Shown: one piece after another, positions 19,618-29,533 of the stretch
How the letters are laid out: every line of letters begins with the position of its first letter
How positions within the stretch are numbered: the first letter of the stretch is position 1
Source: Clostridia bacterium
GTDB taxonomy: Bacteria; Bacillota; Clostridia; Oscillospirales; CAG-272
NCBI GenBank assembly: GCA_017622085.1
Contig: JAGARU010000097.1
Span: 23,956-87,955 of the forward strand
DNA: 64,000 nt
Direction: 5' to 3'
Notes under the pieces: generated by a model
What the model saw: only the letters and a program-made list of their open reading frames with translations
The model's database searches: none
Told to the model about the DNA's origin: nothing
Program-made: the position numbers and the translations under genes

Positions 19618-20742
19618 ATGAGAGTACTTATGACAGGAGGCGGCACGGGCGGCCACGTAAACCCCGCGCTGGCGATTGCAAGCACCATAAAAGCACATCA
19701 CCCCGATGCAGAAATAGCCTTTGTCGGCACGTCCCGCGGTCTTGAGAACACCTTGGTTCCTGCCGCCGGATACCCGCTCTATCACGTGAAAATTCAGGGC
19801 TTTCAGCGAAAGCTGACCCTTTCCAATCTGAAAACCATTTATTACGCCCTGACCTCCCCCGGCAAGGCTAAAAAGATCCTTCGGGAGTTCAAGCCGGACG
19901 TGGTCATCGGCACGGGAGGCTACGTCTGCTGGCCGATCATGAAGGCTGCCGCGCAGATGGGCATCCCTACCGCGCTCCACGAGTCCAACGCCCTCCCCGG
20001 CGTTGCCGTGCGTATGCTTCAGGGCTCGGTGGATCGCATTTTCCTCAACTTCAAGGAAACCGCCGATATGATCCACGCCAAGAGCAAAACCATGCACGTG
20101 GGCAATCCCCTTCGTTCCGGCTTTTCCGTGGCGGATAAGGCAGAGGCGCGACGCGCACTGGGCATTGACGAAAACGCCCATGTCCTTCTTTCCTTCGGCG
20201 GTAGCCTTGGTGCCCGCAACGTAAACGATGCCGCACTGGCGCTGATGCAGGATTACGTTAATGACCACCCGGAGATCTGCTACATCCACGCCACGGGCTC
20301 CCGCGCCTATCCGGAGTACCGCGCCCTCTTTGAGGAGGCCGGACTGGATCAGCTTCCTAATCTCCACATGGAGGAATACCTTTATAATATGCCCGTCCAG
20401 ATGGCTGCGGCAGACGTGGTCATCAGCCGTGCCGGTGCTATGACCGTATCTGAGCTGGCCGCCATGGGCAAGTGCGCCATTCTCATTCCGTCCCCTAACG
20501 TAACGGATAATCACCAGTACAAAAACGCCAAGGTTCTCTCTGACAAGGGCGCCGCCCGCCTCATTGAGGAGAAGGATCTGCCCGACGGCGCGCTTCTGGA
20601 TGCCGTCCGCGAACTGCTCTCCGACGACAAGGCGCGTCAGAAGATGTCCGCCGCCATCCGCACCTTCTCCGTTCCCGACGCAAACGAACGCATCTATCGG
20701 GAGGTTGCCCGTATGGTGGAGGAAAACCGCCAGAAGAAATAA
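19618..20742 (+). CDS. murG: UDP-N-acetylglucosamine--N-acetylmuramyl-(pentapeptide) pyrophosphoryl-undecaprenol GlcNAc transferase
   Basis: MRVLMTGGGTGGHVNPALAIA. GGAGGA RBS precedes ATG 19618. The track start 19558 overlaps ftsW. Confidence 0.94.
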   Translation: MRVLMTGGGTGGHVNPALAIASTIKAHHPDAEIAFVGTSRGLENTLVPAAGYPLYHVKIQGFQRKLTLSNLKTIYYALTSPGKAKKILREFKPDVVIGTGGYVCWPIMKAAAQMGIPTALHESNALPGVAVRMLQGSVDRIFLNFKETADMIHAKSKTMHVGNPLRSGFSVADKAEARRALGIDENAHVLLSFGGSLGARNVNDAALALMQDYVNDHPEICYIHATGSRAYPEYRALFEEAGLDQLPNLHMEEYLYNMPVQMAAADVVISRAGAMTVSELAAMGKCAILIPSPNVTDNHQYKNAKVLSDKGAARLIEEKDLPDGALLDAVRELLSDDKARQKMSAAIRTFSVPDANERIYREVARMVEENRQKK

Positions 20743-20766
20743 TGTAAAAGAAAGGGGCGATGCTCC

Positions 20767-21840
20767 GTGAACGAAAACGAATACCGCCCCGTGGATCCGC
20801 CGGACGAGGATCTCAGTCCCTCCTTTACAAGGGAGCGCCCCCGTCCCGTCCGACAAATGCCCAATCACCGAGCGCCTGCCGACACGCAGGGAGCTCCCGC
20901 CCGCCCGTCGGAGGAGGGAGGGATATCCCGTCCCCCCGTTCCGGCTGAGCCCCCTATCCCCCGCAGAGAGCGATATGCGCCTCCGCCGGCACCTGTCCGA
21001 CCGAAAGAGGAGGAACAGGCTTCGTGGCAAAACACCCCCCTTGACGAGCCGGAGGAGGAAGAAAACACGCCTGCTCGGACAAGCCGCATCCCCCGTCTCC
21101 ATTTTGGACGGCTGGCATTGCTGATCCTCGTGATACTGCTGATCCTCGGCACCGTCGGATTTGGTGCCAAGGCACTCCTGACCGTCCGATCCGTTACCGT
21201 CTCATCCGAGGCGGATCTGCTCCGCACGTGGACGGAGGAGGAGCTTCTCCGCGCCGCCGGAATCCCCGCAGGCGTCGCCATGTGGAAGGTAGATGCCGTC
21301 GCTGTGTCCGACCGCGTGGCAGAATCCATTGCTTCCCTTGACGGTGTCAAGGTGGTTAAATCGTTTCCCGGCAAGATCGTTCTGATCCCCCTGCAGGCCG
21401 CCCCCTCTTATCGTTTTACTTATAAAAATACGACCTACATCCTTTCCGCCGAGCTGAAGGTTTTGATGCCCGCGGACTCCTCCACCGCTCATTTGCCGGA
21501 GCTGATTCTCGGCCGTGTGAGCACCTGTGAGGTGGGAAAATTTGTCACCTTCGAGGGTGAATACGACTATGAAACCGTCCTTGAGGTCACCTCGGAGCTC
21601 CGTGATTTGCTGTCCGATATGACCGTAAATTCCATCAACATGGAGAACAAATTTTCCATTTCGGTTCTTTGCGAAAGCAAATATAAATTGCTTTTTGGCG
21701 ATAAAAAGCAATTGGAGCAAAAGGTAAAATTGGCTCGCGGTATCCTGGATTCTCCCGGATTCAACCCGGAGGCCGCGGCGGTGATTGACGTTTCCAGCGG
21801 AAATAAGGCAGTTGTAAAATTTACAGAATTTGGAAACTGA
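20767..21840 (+). CDS. ftsQ: FtsQ/DivIB-type cell-division protein with Pro-rich N-terminal region
   Basis: dcw position. Roughly 110 aa of P/E/R-rich sequence, then a TM helix (LALLILVILLILGTVGFGA), then a POTRA-like extracellular part. Confidence 0.75.
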   Translation: MNENEYRPVDPPDEDLSPSFTRERPRPVRQMPNHRAPADTQGAPARPSEEGGISRPPVPAEPPIPRRERYAPPPAPVRPKEEEQASWQNTPLDEPEEEENTPARTSRIPRLHFGRLALLILVILLILGTVGFGAKALLTVRSVTVSSEADLLRTWTEEELLRAAGIPAGVAMWKVDAVAVSDRVAESIASLDGVKVVKSFPGKIVLIPLQAAPSYRFTYKNTTYILSAELKVLMPADSSTAHLPELILGRVSTCEVGKFVTFEGEYDYETVLEVTSELRDLLSDMTVNSINMENKFSISVLCESKYKLLFGDKKQLEQKVKLARGILDSPGFNPEAAAVIDVSSGNKAVVKFTEFGN

Positions 21841-21872
21841 CTTTTTGAATAAGGGCGTTTTCAACGAATTTC

Positions 21873-21907
21873 GGCATCTTATGCATCTGTGTAAGATGCC
21901 GTTTTTG
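21873..21907 (+). terminator. rho-independent terminator after ftsQ
   Basis: GGCATCTTA / TAAGATGCC stem followed by GTTTTT. Confidence 0.7.
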
Positions 21908-22098
21908 GTGTTATGCATTTGCATAAAACGCCATTTTCGTCGAAAAGTGAAGAGAAAACGCAAAAAACCAAGAAAATTTTCTGAAAAGCAGCAAAAAAAT
22001 TTCCAAAAGCACTTGCAAAAAAAGCAAAAACCCGCTATCATATACAGTGTAACGTGTATTATCGACCGAAATACATAAAATCGGAGGATTGAAAGAAA

Positions 22099-23247
22099 AT
22101 GGCATTTGAAATTGATAAGAGCTACGATTCCGGCGTGAACATTAAGGTTATCGGCGTCGGCGGCGGCGGAAACAATGCAGTAAACCGAATGATCGAATCG
22201 GATATTAAGGGTGTAGAGTTTGTTGCAATCAACACGGACAAGCAGGCACTGCTTCTTTCCGGTGCAACCCACAAGATCTCCATTGGTGAGCGTATCACCA
22301 AGGGTCACGGCGCAGGCGCAAACCCTGAGGTTGGTGCAAGAGCCGCTGAGGAGAGCCTTGAGGAGATCAAGAAGGTTATCACCGGAGCAGACATGGTATT
22401 CATCACCACCGGTATGGGTGGCGGTACCGGTACCGGTGCGGCTCCCGTTGTTGCTAAGGTTGCCAAGGAAATGGGCATCCTTACCATCGGTATCGTAACC
22501 AAGCCCTTCGCATTCGAGGGCAAGAAGCGTATGGAGCAGGCAGAGCTCGGTATCGCTAATCTGAGAGAGCACGTTGACTCCCTCGTTATTATCCCTAACG
22601 AAAGACTGAAGCAGGCATCCGAGACCAGAATCACTCTTCTCAACGCCTTTGCAATTGCTGACGACGTTCTTCGCCACGGTGTACAGAGCATCTCCGAGCT
22701 GATCAACGTTCCCGGCTTTGTAAACCTTGACTTTGCAGACGTTACTTCCGTAATGAGCAACGCAGGCTACGCACACATGGGCGTAGGTGAGGCTACCGGA
22801 CGCGACAAGGCAGAGGCTGCCGCTAAGGCTGCAATCTCCAGCCCGCTTCTTGAGACCTCCATCGGCGGCGCACACGGTATCCTTGTAAGCATCACCGCTT
22901 CTCCCGACATCGGACTTGAGGACGTAGACCGCGCATCCACCATGATCGCGCAGGAGGCTGCTCCCGATGCAAACATCATCTGGGGTGCTGCCTTCGATCC
23001 CTCTCTCGAGGACAAGATGAAGGTTACCATCATCGCTACCGGTTTTGCTAAGAAGGAAGAGCAGGCTCTTGCCGCTAAGATTGAGACTCCCAAGGAAGCT
23101 CCCGTAGAAGAGGCTCCCGTTGCTCCTGTAGCAGAAAAGCCCGTTCAGCAGGAGGTATCTCAGGATCCCGATTACGACGAGATTCTTGACATCCTTAAGA
23201 GACCCCGTCCCACCGGCAATACCAGCCAGTTCACCAAGCGCTATTAA
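22099..23247 (+). CDS. ftsZ: cell-division GTPase FtsZ
   Basis: [17 protein letters not shown] and [13 protein letters not shown] tubulin signature. C-terminal peptide [13 protein letters not shown]. Confidence 0.97.
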   Translation: MAFEIDKSYDSGVNIKVIGVGGGGNNAVNRMIESDIKGVEFVAINTDKQALLLSGATHKISIGERITKGHGAGANPEVGARAAEESLEEIKKVITGADMVFITTGMGGGTGTGAAPVVAKVAKEMGILTIGIVTKPFAFEGKKRMEQAELGIANLREHVDSLVIIPNERLKQASETRITLLNAFAIADDVLRHGVQSISELINVPGFVNLDFADVTSVMSNAGYAHMGVGEATGRDKAEAAAKAAISSPLLETSIGGAHGILVSITASPDIGLEDVDRASTMIAQEAAPDANIIWGAAFDPSLEDKMKVTIIATGFAKKEEQALAAKIETPKEAPVEEAPVAPVAEKPVQQEVSQDPDYDEILDILKRPRPTGNTSQFTKRY

Positions 23248-23262
23248 TTTTTGAGATAAATG

Positions 23263-23291
23263 AAAAAACGCTCCCGCGGGAGCGTTTTTTC
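23263..23291 (+). terminator. rho-independent terminator of ftsZ
   Basis: 16-nt perfect palindrome CGCTCCCGCGGGAGCG (23269-23284) followed by T6. Confidence 0.85.
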
Positions 23292-23371
23292 TTATATAAA
23301 TTCGGAAACCGGTTGTTCCGATCGAAAAAATATGGTACAATAACCGAAAACGACCAATCACGGAGGTGCCT

Positions 23372-25366
23372 ATGGAGGAAAAAGGAAGCCAGATGATCAA
23401 TCTGGGCATTTTTGCCCACGTAGATGCCGGCAAGACTACCTTGACCGAGCAACTTCTCACCGTCTGCGGCAAGCTTCGCCAGGCGGGCAGCGTGGATTCC
23501 GGTACTGCTCAAACGGACTTTTTGCCCATTGAGCGCGAGCGGGGAATCTCGGTTGCCGCAGCCGCCACCAACCTTACGTGGAAGAACCATTCCATCAACA
23601 TTCTGGACACCCCCGGCCACGTGGATTTCGCCGGGGAAGCGGAGCGCGCCATGATCGCTCTGGACGCGGCCATTTTGGTGGTTTCCGCCGTGGAGGGCGT
23701 CCAGTCTCATACGGAGAACCTGTGGCGCGCCTTTACGGAAATGCACATTCCTTGTATTGTTTTTATCAATAAGATTGACCGCGTCGGTAGCTCTGTCTCC
23801 CGGGTTCTGGAGGAGTTGGCGGATATGGAGAGCTGTACTCCGTGTCCCCTCAACCGCCCCCTGTCTGAAGGCGACCGCAACTGCTCCGTTGCCCCCGTCG
23901 GGGAGGAGCTGACGGAACGGTTGGCGGATTACGACGATACCGTGGCGGAGGCTTATCTTTCCGGTACGCCCATTGCCGCCGAGACATTATACGCAACGCT
24001 CCGACACCTGACCGGGAATCGAACGTTGACCCCCGTCCTCTGCGGCTCGTCCCTTGTTACCGTGGGCATTGCGGAGCTGTTGGATGCCACCGTAGCGCTG
24101 TTGCCCCACGCCGACTGTCGGGAAACCGAAGCCCTGTCCGGCCTTGTTTTCAAGATCGAGCACGACAAAGCCATGGGCAAGATCGCTCACGTCCGTCTCT
24201 TCGGCGGCGAGATCCGCAACCGGGACGCCGTCGTCCTGAACGAGGATAAGGACGCGGACGGCAATTCTCTCCCGCCGGAAAAGGTCACCCAGATCCGAAA
24301 ATTCAACGGCTCTCGCTACATGGATATCGGCTCCGTCCGCGCCGGCGACATCGCCGCCCTCTGCGGCCTTGATCGGGCCCGCGCCTTTGATACCATCGGT
24401 GAATATCGATTAAGCGACGTTTATCGCCTGGCCAACCCCTATTTAACCGTTCGCATTGCCCCCAAAAACGCCGCGGATCTGACCCGTTTGGTGGCCGCCG
24501 TCAAGGAGCTCTCCGACGAGGATCCCCTCATCAACTATAAATGGGAACGCACCGAGCGGGAGATCCACGTCAACATTACCGGCGAGATCCAGCGCGAGAT
24601 TCTGGAGGTGCTCCTAAAGGAGCGCTACGGGTTGGAAACCGTCTTTTCCGATCCCTCCGTTATTTACAAGGAGACCCCTGCTACCTCCGGCATCGGTTTT
24701 GAAGCCTATACCATGCCCAAGCCCTGCTGGGCAGTGGTCAAGCTGGGCATCGAACCCCTGCCTCGGGGAAGCGGAATCGTCTACGACGGCGGTAACGTGC
24801 CCCACAATAAGCTGTTCTATAAGTACCAGAGCCACATCCGTGCCTCCTTCCACTCCTCCTTGGAGCAGGGAAATTACGGCTGGGAGCTGACGGATATGAA
24901 GGTGACGCTGCTGGACGGCGAGCACCATACCATCCATACCCACCCCTTGGACTTTTTCGTCGCTACCCCCATGGCCATCATGGACGGCATCAACCGGACG
25001 GGTACTACACTTCTTGAGCCCATGCTTCGGGTTAAGATCATCGCCTCCGAGGAGCTCCTCGGTAAGCTCCTGTCGGATATTACCGTCATGCGCGGCGAAT
25101 TTGACGGCCCCACCCTCCATCGCGGTAGCTGTACCGTTCTTTGCCGCCTGCCCGTTGCTACCTCTCTTGATTTTCCCGTGCGCCTTGCCGCCATGTCCGG
25201 CGGAAAGGCCATCTATAGCGCCACCTTCGACGGCTACCGGGAGTGCCCTCTTGAATTGGGCGCCACCGCCAAGCGTCGGGGCGTCAATCCTCTGGATCGC
25301 GCCAAGTGGATCTTGTATGCCCGAGGTGCCATTCAGGCCGACCGCGACGGCAACGTCCGGGCGTAA
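23372..25366 (+). CDS. translational GTPase of the TetM/TetO ribosomal-protection / EF-G family
   Basis: INLGIFAHVDAGKTTLTEQLL ... GSVDSGTAQTDFLPIERERGISV ... NILDTPGHVDF ... FINKIDR. RPP-like length and C-terminal helix (NPLDRAKWILYARG). CGGAGG RBS precedes ATG 23372. Track start is 23366. Confidence 0.8.
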   Translation: MEEKGSQMINLGIFAHVDAGKTTLTEQLLTVCGKLRQAGSVDSGTAQTDFLPIERERGISVAAAATNLTWKNHSINILDTPGHVDFAGEAERAMIALDAAILVVSAVEGVQSHTENLWRAFTEMHIPCIVFINKIDRVGSSVSRVLEELADMESCTPCPLNRPLSEGDRNCSVAPVGEELTERLADYDDTVAEAYLSGTPIAAETLYATLRHLTGNRTLTPVLCGSSLVTVGIAELLDATVALLPHADCRETEALSGLVFKIEHDKAMGKIAHVRLFGGEIRNRDAVVLNEDKDADGNSLPPEKVTQIRKFNGSRYMDIGSVRAGDIAALCGLDRARAFDTIGEYRLSDVYRLANPYLTVRIAPKNAADLTRLVAAVKELSDEDPLINYKWERTEREIHVNITGEIQREILEVLLKERYGLETVFSDPSVIYKETPATSGIGFEAYTMPKPCWAVVKLGIEPLPRGSGIVYDGGNVPHNKLFYKYQSHIRASFHSSLEQGNYGWELTDMKVTLLDGEHHTIHTHPLDFFVATPMAIMDGINRTGTTLLEPMLRVKIIASEELLGKLLSDITVMRGEFDGPTLHRGSCTVLCRLPVATSLDFPVRLAAMSGGKAIYSATFDGYRECPLELGATAKRRGVNPLDRAKWILYARGAIQADRDGNVRA

Positions 25367-25381
25367 CCAAATCATTTTTGC

Positions 25382-26764
25382 ATGAAAGGAGACCGCGTCT
25401 TGAAAGAAAAAATAGAAGCGCTCATGCGCGAAGCGGATATGATCCCCAAGCTCAGTCACGTGCTGGTTGGCTTTTCCGGCGGCGCGGATTCCTCGGCACT
25501 TCTGCATTATCTGATGAACCGTAGCCGCGTACACGGCACCCGCGTGTCTGCCATCCACGTTAATCACGGCATCCGCGGCGAGACCGCCCTTCGGGACGAG
25601 GAGCATTGCCGCTCCGTCTGTCAGAGCTGGGGCATTCCCCTCACCGTTGTCCGCGTGGACGTTCCCTCTTTGGCAAAGGAGCAGGGAATCGGTCTTGAGG
25701 AGGCCGCCCGCAACGCCCGCTACGAAGCCTTTTACCGCGCCATGGCGGACGACCCTACGATTACTGCCGTAGCCACTGCTCATAACGCAGAGGATCACGC
25801 AGAGACCGTGCTGTTTCATCTGGCGCGGGGATGCGGGCTTGCCGGCTTGTGCGGCATTCCGCCCGTCACACCCCAAAACGTCATCCGCCCCCTGCTTCAT
25901 TGCCGCAGGGAAGAAATAATTGCGTACTGTAAGGGCAATACTATCACTTATACGGAGGACGAAACCAACGGGGATACCCGTTATACAAGAAATCATATTC
26001 GCCACCGCATTCTGCCTGCCTTTGAGGAGATCAACCCGGATTATGCAGGCGCCATGTTGCGGATGGGACAGACTGTGGCGGAGGACGGCATCTATCTTGA
26101 GCAGTTGGCTGAGGAAGCGTACCGCACCTGCGTGACCGGTGATGCGGCCAAAATCCATGCGCTGACCGCCATGCCCCCGCCCATCCTCTCCCGGGTTTTG
26201 CGGCGAATGTACCGAAAGATGGGTAAGGGCGAGCTGGCTTACGTTCACGTAACCGCCTTGGTTGAAGCCCTGCACGGGGTGCGCACGGATCTTGACATCG
26301 ATCTGCCGGGTGGAATTATCTTTTCGCTCTCGCGAGACGTCGCTTGCTTCCGCCAGGGAGAGGAGACCTCTCCGTTTCAGTACCCTCTGACCTTGGGCGA
26401 AAACCGCTTTGACCGCCTGAATCTGACGGTGTACCTGTCTTTTGACGGAAAGAAACCTGAATATGATGAAAATATTTACAAATTATCAACATACCAGCCC
26501 ATCAATTTTGATACAATAAAAAATAAGGTTTTCATCCGCTCAAGGCAAAATGGTGACCGATACGTTACAAAGAATATGACGAAAAGTGTCAAGCGATGGA
26601 TGTGCGACACCCACATTCCCCGTTGGCGCCGGGATGCGGTACCCCTGTTTTGTGACGGGGCCGGCATCGCCTACGTGCGCGGCATGGGACTCAGGGACGA
26701 CCTGAAGACCGTGGAGGGCTGTAGGATTCTGCACCTGTATCTGCTTGAAAAAGATCCATATTAA
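25382..26764 (+). CDS. tilS: tRNA(Ile)-lysidine synthase
   Basis: PP-loop VGFSGGADSSALL and the conserved tilS-hpt-ftsH order. TTG 25400 after AAGGAG is a possible true start. Confidence 0.92.
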   Translation: MKGDRVLKEKIEALMREADMIPKLSHVLVGFSGGADSSALLHYLMNRSRVHGTRVSAIHVNHGIRGETALRDEEHCRSVCQSWGIPLTVVRVDVPSLAKEQGIGLEEAARNARYEAFYRAMADDPTITAVATAHNAEDHAETVLFHLARGCGLAGLCGIPPVTPQNVIRPLLHCRREEIIAYCKGNTITYTEDETNGDTRYTRNHIRHRILPAFEEINPDYAGAMLRMGQTVAEDGIYLEQLAEEAYRTCVTGDAAKIHALTAMPPPILSRVLRRMYRKMGKGELAYVHVTALVEALHGVRTDLDIDLPGGIIFSLSRDVACFRQGEETSPFQYPLTLGENRFDRLNLTVYLSFDGKKPEYDENIYKLSTYQPINFDTIKNKVFIRSRQNGDRYVTKNMTKSVKRWMCDTHIPRWRRDAVPLFCDGAGIAYVRGMGLRDDLKTVEGCRILHLYLLEKDPY

Positions 26765-26774
26765 GGAGACGACT

Positions 26775-27323
26775 ATGCATAACGACGTAGAAAGAATACT
26801 CATCGACGAAAAAGAACTGGACGCCATCAACGCGAGAATTGCCGCTGAGATCGACCGGGATTATGCCGATACCGACCGCAAGCTGGTTCTCATCGGTATT
26901 TTAAAGGGAAGTGTGGTCTTCATGGCTGACTTGATGAAGAAGATTCGTCGCCAGGTGGAGATCGACTTTATGCGCGTTTCCTCCTACGGTAGCGGAACGG
27001 AATCCAGCGGACGTATCAAGATCATTCTTGACCTCCACTGCGACGATCTTGCCAGTTGTGACGTGCTGGTGATCGAGGATATTATTGACAGTGGCCGCAC
27101 CCTCTCCTATCTGATCGAGTATCTGAAGCTGAACGGTGCCCATAGCGTCAAGACCTGCACGCTTCTTGATAAGCCCTCCCGCCGCCAGGTGGACTTTACG
27201 CCCGACTACATCGGTAAGGAGATCCCCGACGAGTTCGTGATCGGCTACGGCCTCGACTATGACGAGCGGTACCGCACTCTGCCCTTTGTGGGTATTCTCA
27301 AGCGGGAAGTTTATTCCGAATAA
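26775..27323 (+). CDS. hpt: hypoxanthine phosphoribosyltransferase
   Basis: PRPP-binding motif VLVIEDIIDSGRTL. AAGGAGA RBS precedes ATG 26775. Confidence 0.93.
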   Translation: MHNDVERILIDEKELDAINARIAAEIDRDYADTDRKLVLIGILKGSVVFMADLMKKIRRQVEIDFMRVSSYGSGTESSGRIKIILDLHCDDLASCDVLVIEDIIDSGRTLSYLIEYLKLNGAHSVKTCTLLDKPSRRQVDFTPDYIGKEIPDEFVIGYGLDYDERYRTLPFVGILKREVYSE

Positions 27324-27362
27324 TTTATGTTTCGCCGCTCCGCACGCGGCACGAGGATGGTA

Positions 27363-29378
27363 ATGAAGAAAAATTTAAAGGTAATTATTTTTTATGCGGT
27401 GTTGATCCTGGTTATCATTATCGCCGCCACATCCCTTTTTAAGGATACCTATGAGGAAAAGGGATACAGTGATATTGTAAAATATTTTGAGAATGAACAA
27501 GTCCACAAATTTGTCGTTGATGAAAAGAACCAGCTGGTAATGGAGCTTTACACCGACAAAGAGGGCGAGTACACGTATGTGTCGTATAAGATGCGGGATC
27601 TCTCCATCTTCTATAACGACCTGAACGAAATGATTCGCAGTCAGCACCAGGCCGGCATTATTGAAAGCTACGATTATCCTGCTCCCACGGAGATTCCCTT
27701 CTGGGTAAGCATTTTGCCCTACATCATCATGGGCGTGCTCTTTATCCTGCTTTGGATCTTCATGATGAATCAGGCCTCCGGACGCAACGGCAAGATGAAC
27801 TCCTTCGGCCGTGCTAAGGTCAAGACTCCCTCGGCGGATCAGAAGAAGGTCCTCTTCACCGACGTGGCCGGTGCCGACGAGGAAAAGGAGGAGCTCCGTG
27901 AGATCGTAGAGTTCTTGAAGAATCCCACCAAGTTCCAGAAGCTGGGCGCAAAGATCCCCCACGGCGTATTGCTGATGGGCCCTCCCGGTACGGGTAAGAC
28001 CCTCCTTGCCAAGGCCGTTGCCGGCGAGGCCGGCGTGCCCTTTTACTCCATCTCCGGCTCGGATTTCGTTGAGATGTACGTAGGTGTGGGTGCCTCCCGC
28101 GTTCGCGATCTGTTTGAAACCGCAAAGCGCTCTCCCTCCAGCATCATCTTCATTGATGAGATCGACGCCGTAGGTCGCCACAGAGGTGCAGGCCTCGGCG
28201 GCGGACACGACGAGCGTGAGCAGACCCTCAACCAGCTGCTGGTTGAAATGGACGGCTTTGAGTCCGGCGACGGCGTTATCGTGATTGCCGCCACCAACCG
28301 TCCCGACATTCTTGACCCCGCCCTTCTTCGTCCCGGCCGCTTTGACCGTCAGGTTACGGTCAACTATCCCGATATTGCCGGACGCGAAGAGATTCTTAAG
28401 GTTCACGCAAGAAATAAGCCTCTTGAGGCCGGCGTGGATCTGAAGTCCATCGCCAAGACCACCGCCGGCTTCACCGGTGCGGATCTGGCAAACCTCTTGA
28501 ACGAGGCCGCCCTGCTGGCCGCAAGACGCGGCAAGAGCCTGGTCGGTATGGACGATATGGAGGACGCCTTCATTAAGGTGCTGGCCGGCCCCCAGAAGAA
28601 GTCCATGGTTCGCAAGGAAAGCGAAAAGAAAAAGACCGCCTATCACGAGGCCGGTCACGCCATCCTCGCTCACGTGCTTCCCACCCAGGACCCCGTACAG
28701 CAGATCTCCATTATCCCCAGCGGCAATGCCTTGGGCTACACTCTCAATCCTCCCGTGGAGGATCGGCAGAGCGTTTACAAGCAGGAGCTTAAGGAGCGCA
28801 TTGCCATGCTTCTTGCCGGCCGTGCCGCAGAGGAGCTGATCTTTGAGGACGTATCCGGCGGCGCCTCCAACGATATCCAGCGCGCCACTGCTACCGCAAA
28901 GCAGATGGTTATTAAGCTGGGTATGAGTGAGGTCATCGGTCTCCGCTCCTTCGGTAGCGGCGACGGCGAGGAGGTCTTCCTCGGCCGCGACTTCTCCAAC
29001 TCTCAGGATTATTCCGACGAGACGGCGGCTAAGATCGATAACGAGATCCACCGTATCATCAGCGAGGCCTATGAGACCGCCAAGACCGTTCTCCGTGAGA
29101 ACATGGATAAGCTTCACTTTGTTGCTGAGTTCCTGGTTCGTAACGAGGTTATGGACGGCGAGCAGTTCAAGGCTGCCATGGACGGTGAGCCCACCTTTGA
29201 GGAGCTTGAGGAGATGGCAAATGCCAAGCGCCGCAAGAGCCGCGAGGAGAACGATATCCGCCACAGAGAGCAGAAGGAAGAGGAGGAGCGTCTCAACCGT
29301 GAGGAGGAGGCCCGCCAGCGTGAAGAGGCGGCCAGAAACCGCATGGAGCACGACCCCTACGACTTCCCGAAGGACTGA
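27363..29378 (+). CDS. ftsH: ATP-dependent zinc metalloprotease FtsH
   Basis: Two TM helices, Walker [12 protein letters not shown] region, HEAGH zinc site, and an E/R-rich C-terminal tail. GAGG RBS precedes ATG 27363. Confidence 0.96.
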   Translation: MKKNLKVIIFYAVLILVIIIAATSLFKDTYEEKGYSDIVKYFENEQVHKFVVDEKNQLVMELYTDKEGEYTYVSYKMRDLSIFYNDLNEMIRSQHQAGIIESYDYPAPTEIPFWVSILPYIIMGVLFILLWIFMMNQASGRNGKMNSFGRAKVKTPSADQKKVLFTDVAGADEEKEELREIVEFLKNPTKFQKLGAKIPHGVLLMGPPGTGKTLLAKAVAGEAGVPFYSISGSDFVEMYVGVGASRVRDLFETAKRSPSSIIFIDEIDAVGRHRGAGLGGGHDEREQTLNQLLVEMDGFESGDGVIVIAATNRPDILDPALLRPGRFDRQVTVNYPDIAGREEILKVHARNKPLEAGVDLKSIAKTTAGFTGADLANLLNEAALLAARRGKSLVGMDDMEDAFIKVLAGPQKKSMVRKESEKKKTAYHEAGHAILAHVLPTQDPVQQISIIPSGNALGYTLNPPVEDRQSVYKQELKERIAMLLAGRAAEELIFEDVSGGASNDIQRATATAKQMVIKLGMSEVIGLRSFGSGDGEEVFLGRDFSNSQDYSDETAAKIDNEIHRIISEAYETAKTVLRENMDKLHFVAEFLVRNEVMDGEQFKAAMDGEPTFEELEEMANAKRRKSREENDIRHREQKEEEERLNREEEARQREEAARNRMEHDPYDFPKD

Positions 29379-29392
29379 CTTGAATAAAAATG

Positions 29393-29428
29393 AAATCCCC
29401 ACGCCCCTCAGGGTGCGTGGGGATTTTT
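29393..29428 (+). terminator. rho-independent terminator of ftsH
   Basis: AAATCCCCACGC / GCGTGGGGATTT stem followed by a T-tract. Confidence 0.85.
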
Positions 29429-29462
29429 GTGTAAAAAAGTGAGACAGCCGCCATTTGCGTGG

Positions 29463-29491
29463 TTGACGGCGCTCGGTTTTTATGGTAGAAT
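29463..29491 (+). promoter_or_regulatory. sigma-A type promoter (extended -10) for the lipid kinase gene
   Basis: TTGACG (29463-29468), 17-nt spacer ending in TGG, TAGAAT (29486-29491). Confidence 0.6.
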
Positions 29492-29533
29492 GAGTACAAC
29501 AATTCAAAGACTGGAACGGTAAGGAGAACGCCC

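Noticed and set aside
21830-22078. 82-aa highly basic ORF in the ftsQ-ftsZ gap
   Set aside because: It lies in an AT-rich, A-tract-rich promoter region, starts inside the ftsQ stop region and crosses the ftsQ terminator. Its K/R richness simply reflects AAA/AGA-rich DNA, and no RBS is present.
23372-25366. Calling the GTPase an acquired tet(M)/tet(O)-type resistance gene
   Set aside because: There is no transposon or ICE context. It sits between ftsZ and tilS with its own terminator-bounded slot, and the domain IV loop differs from what I recall for classical RPPs. Identity to known alleles cannot be computed here, so it is reported only as an RPP-like paralog.
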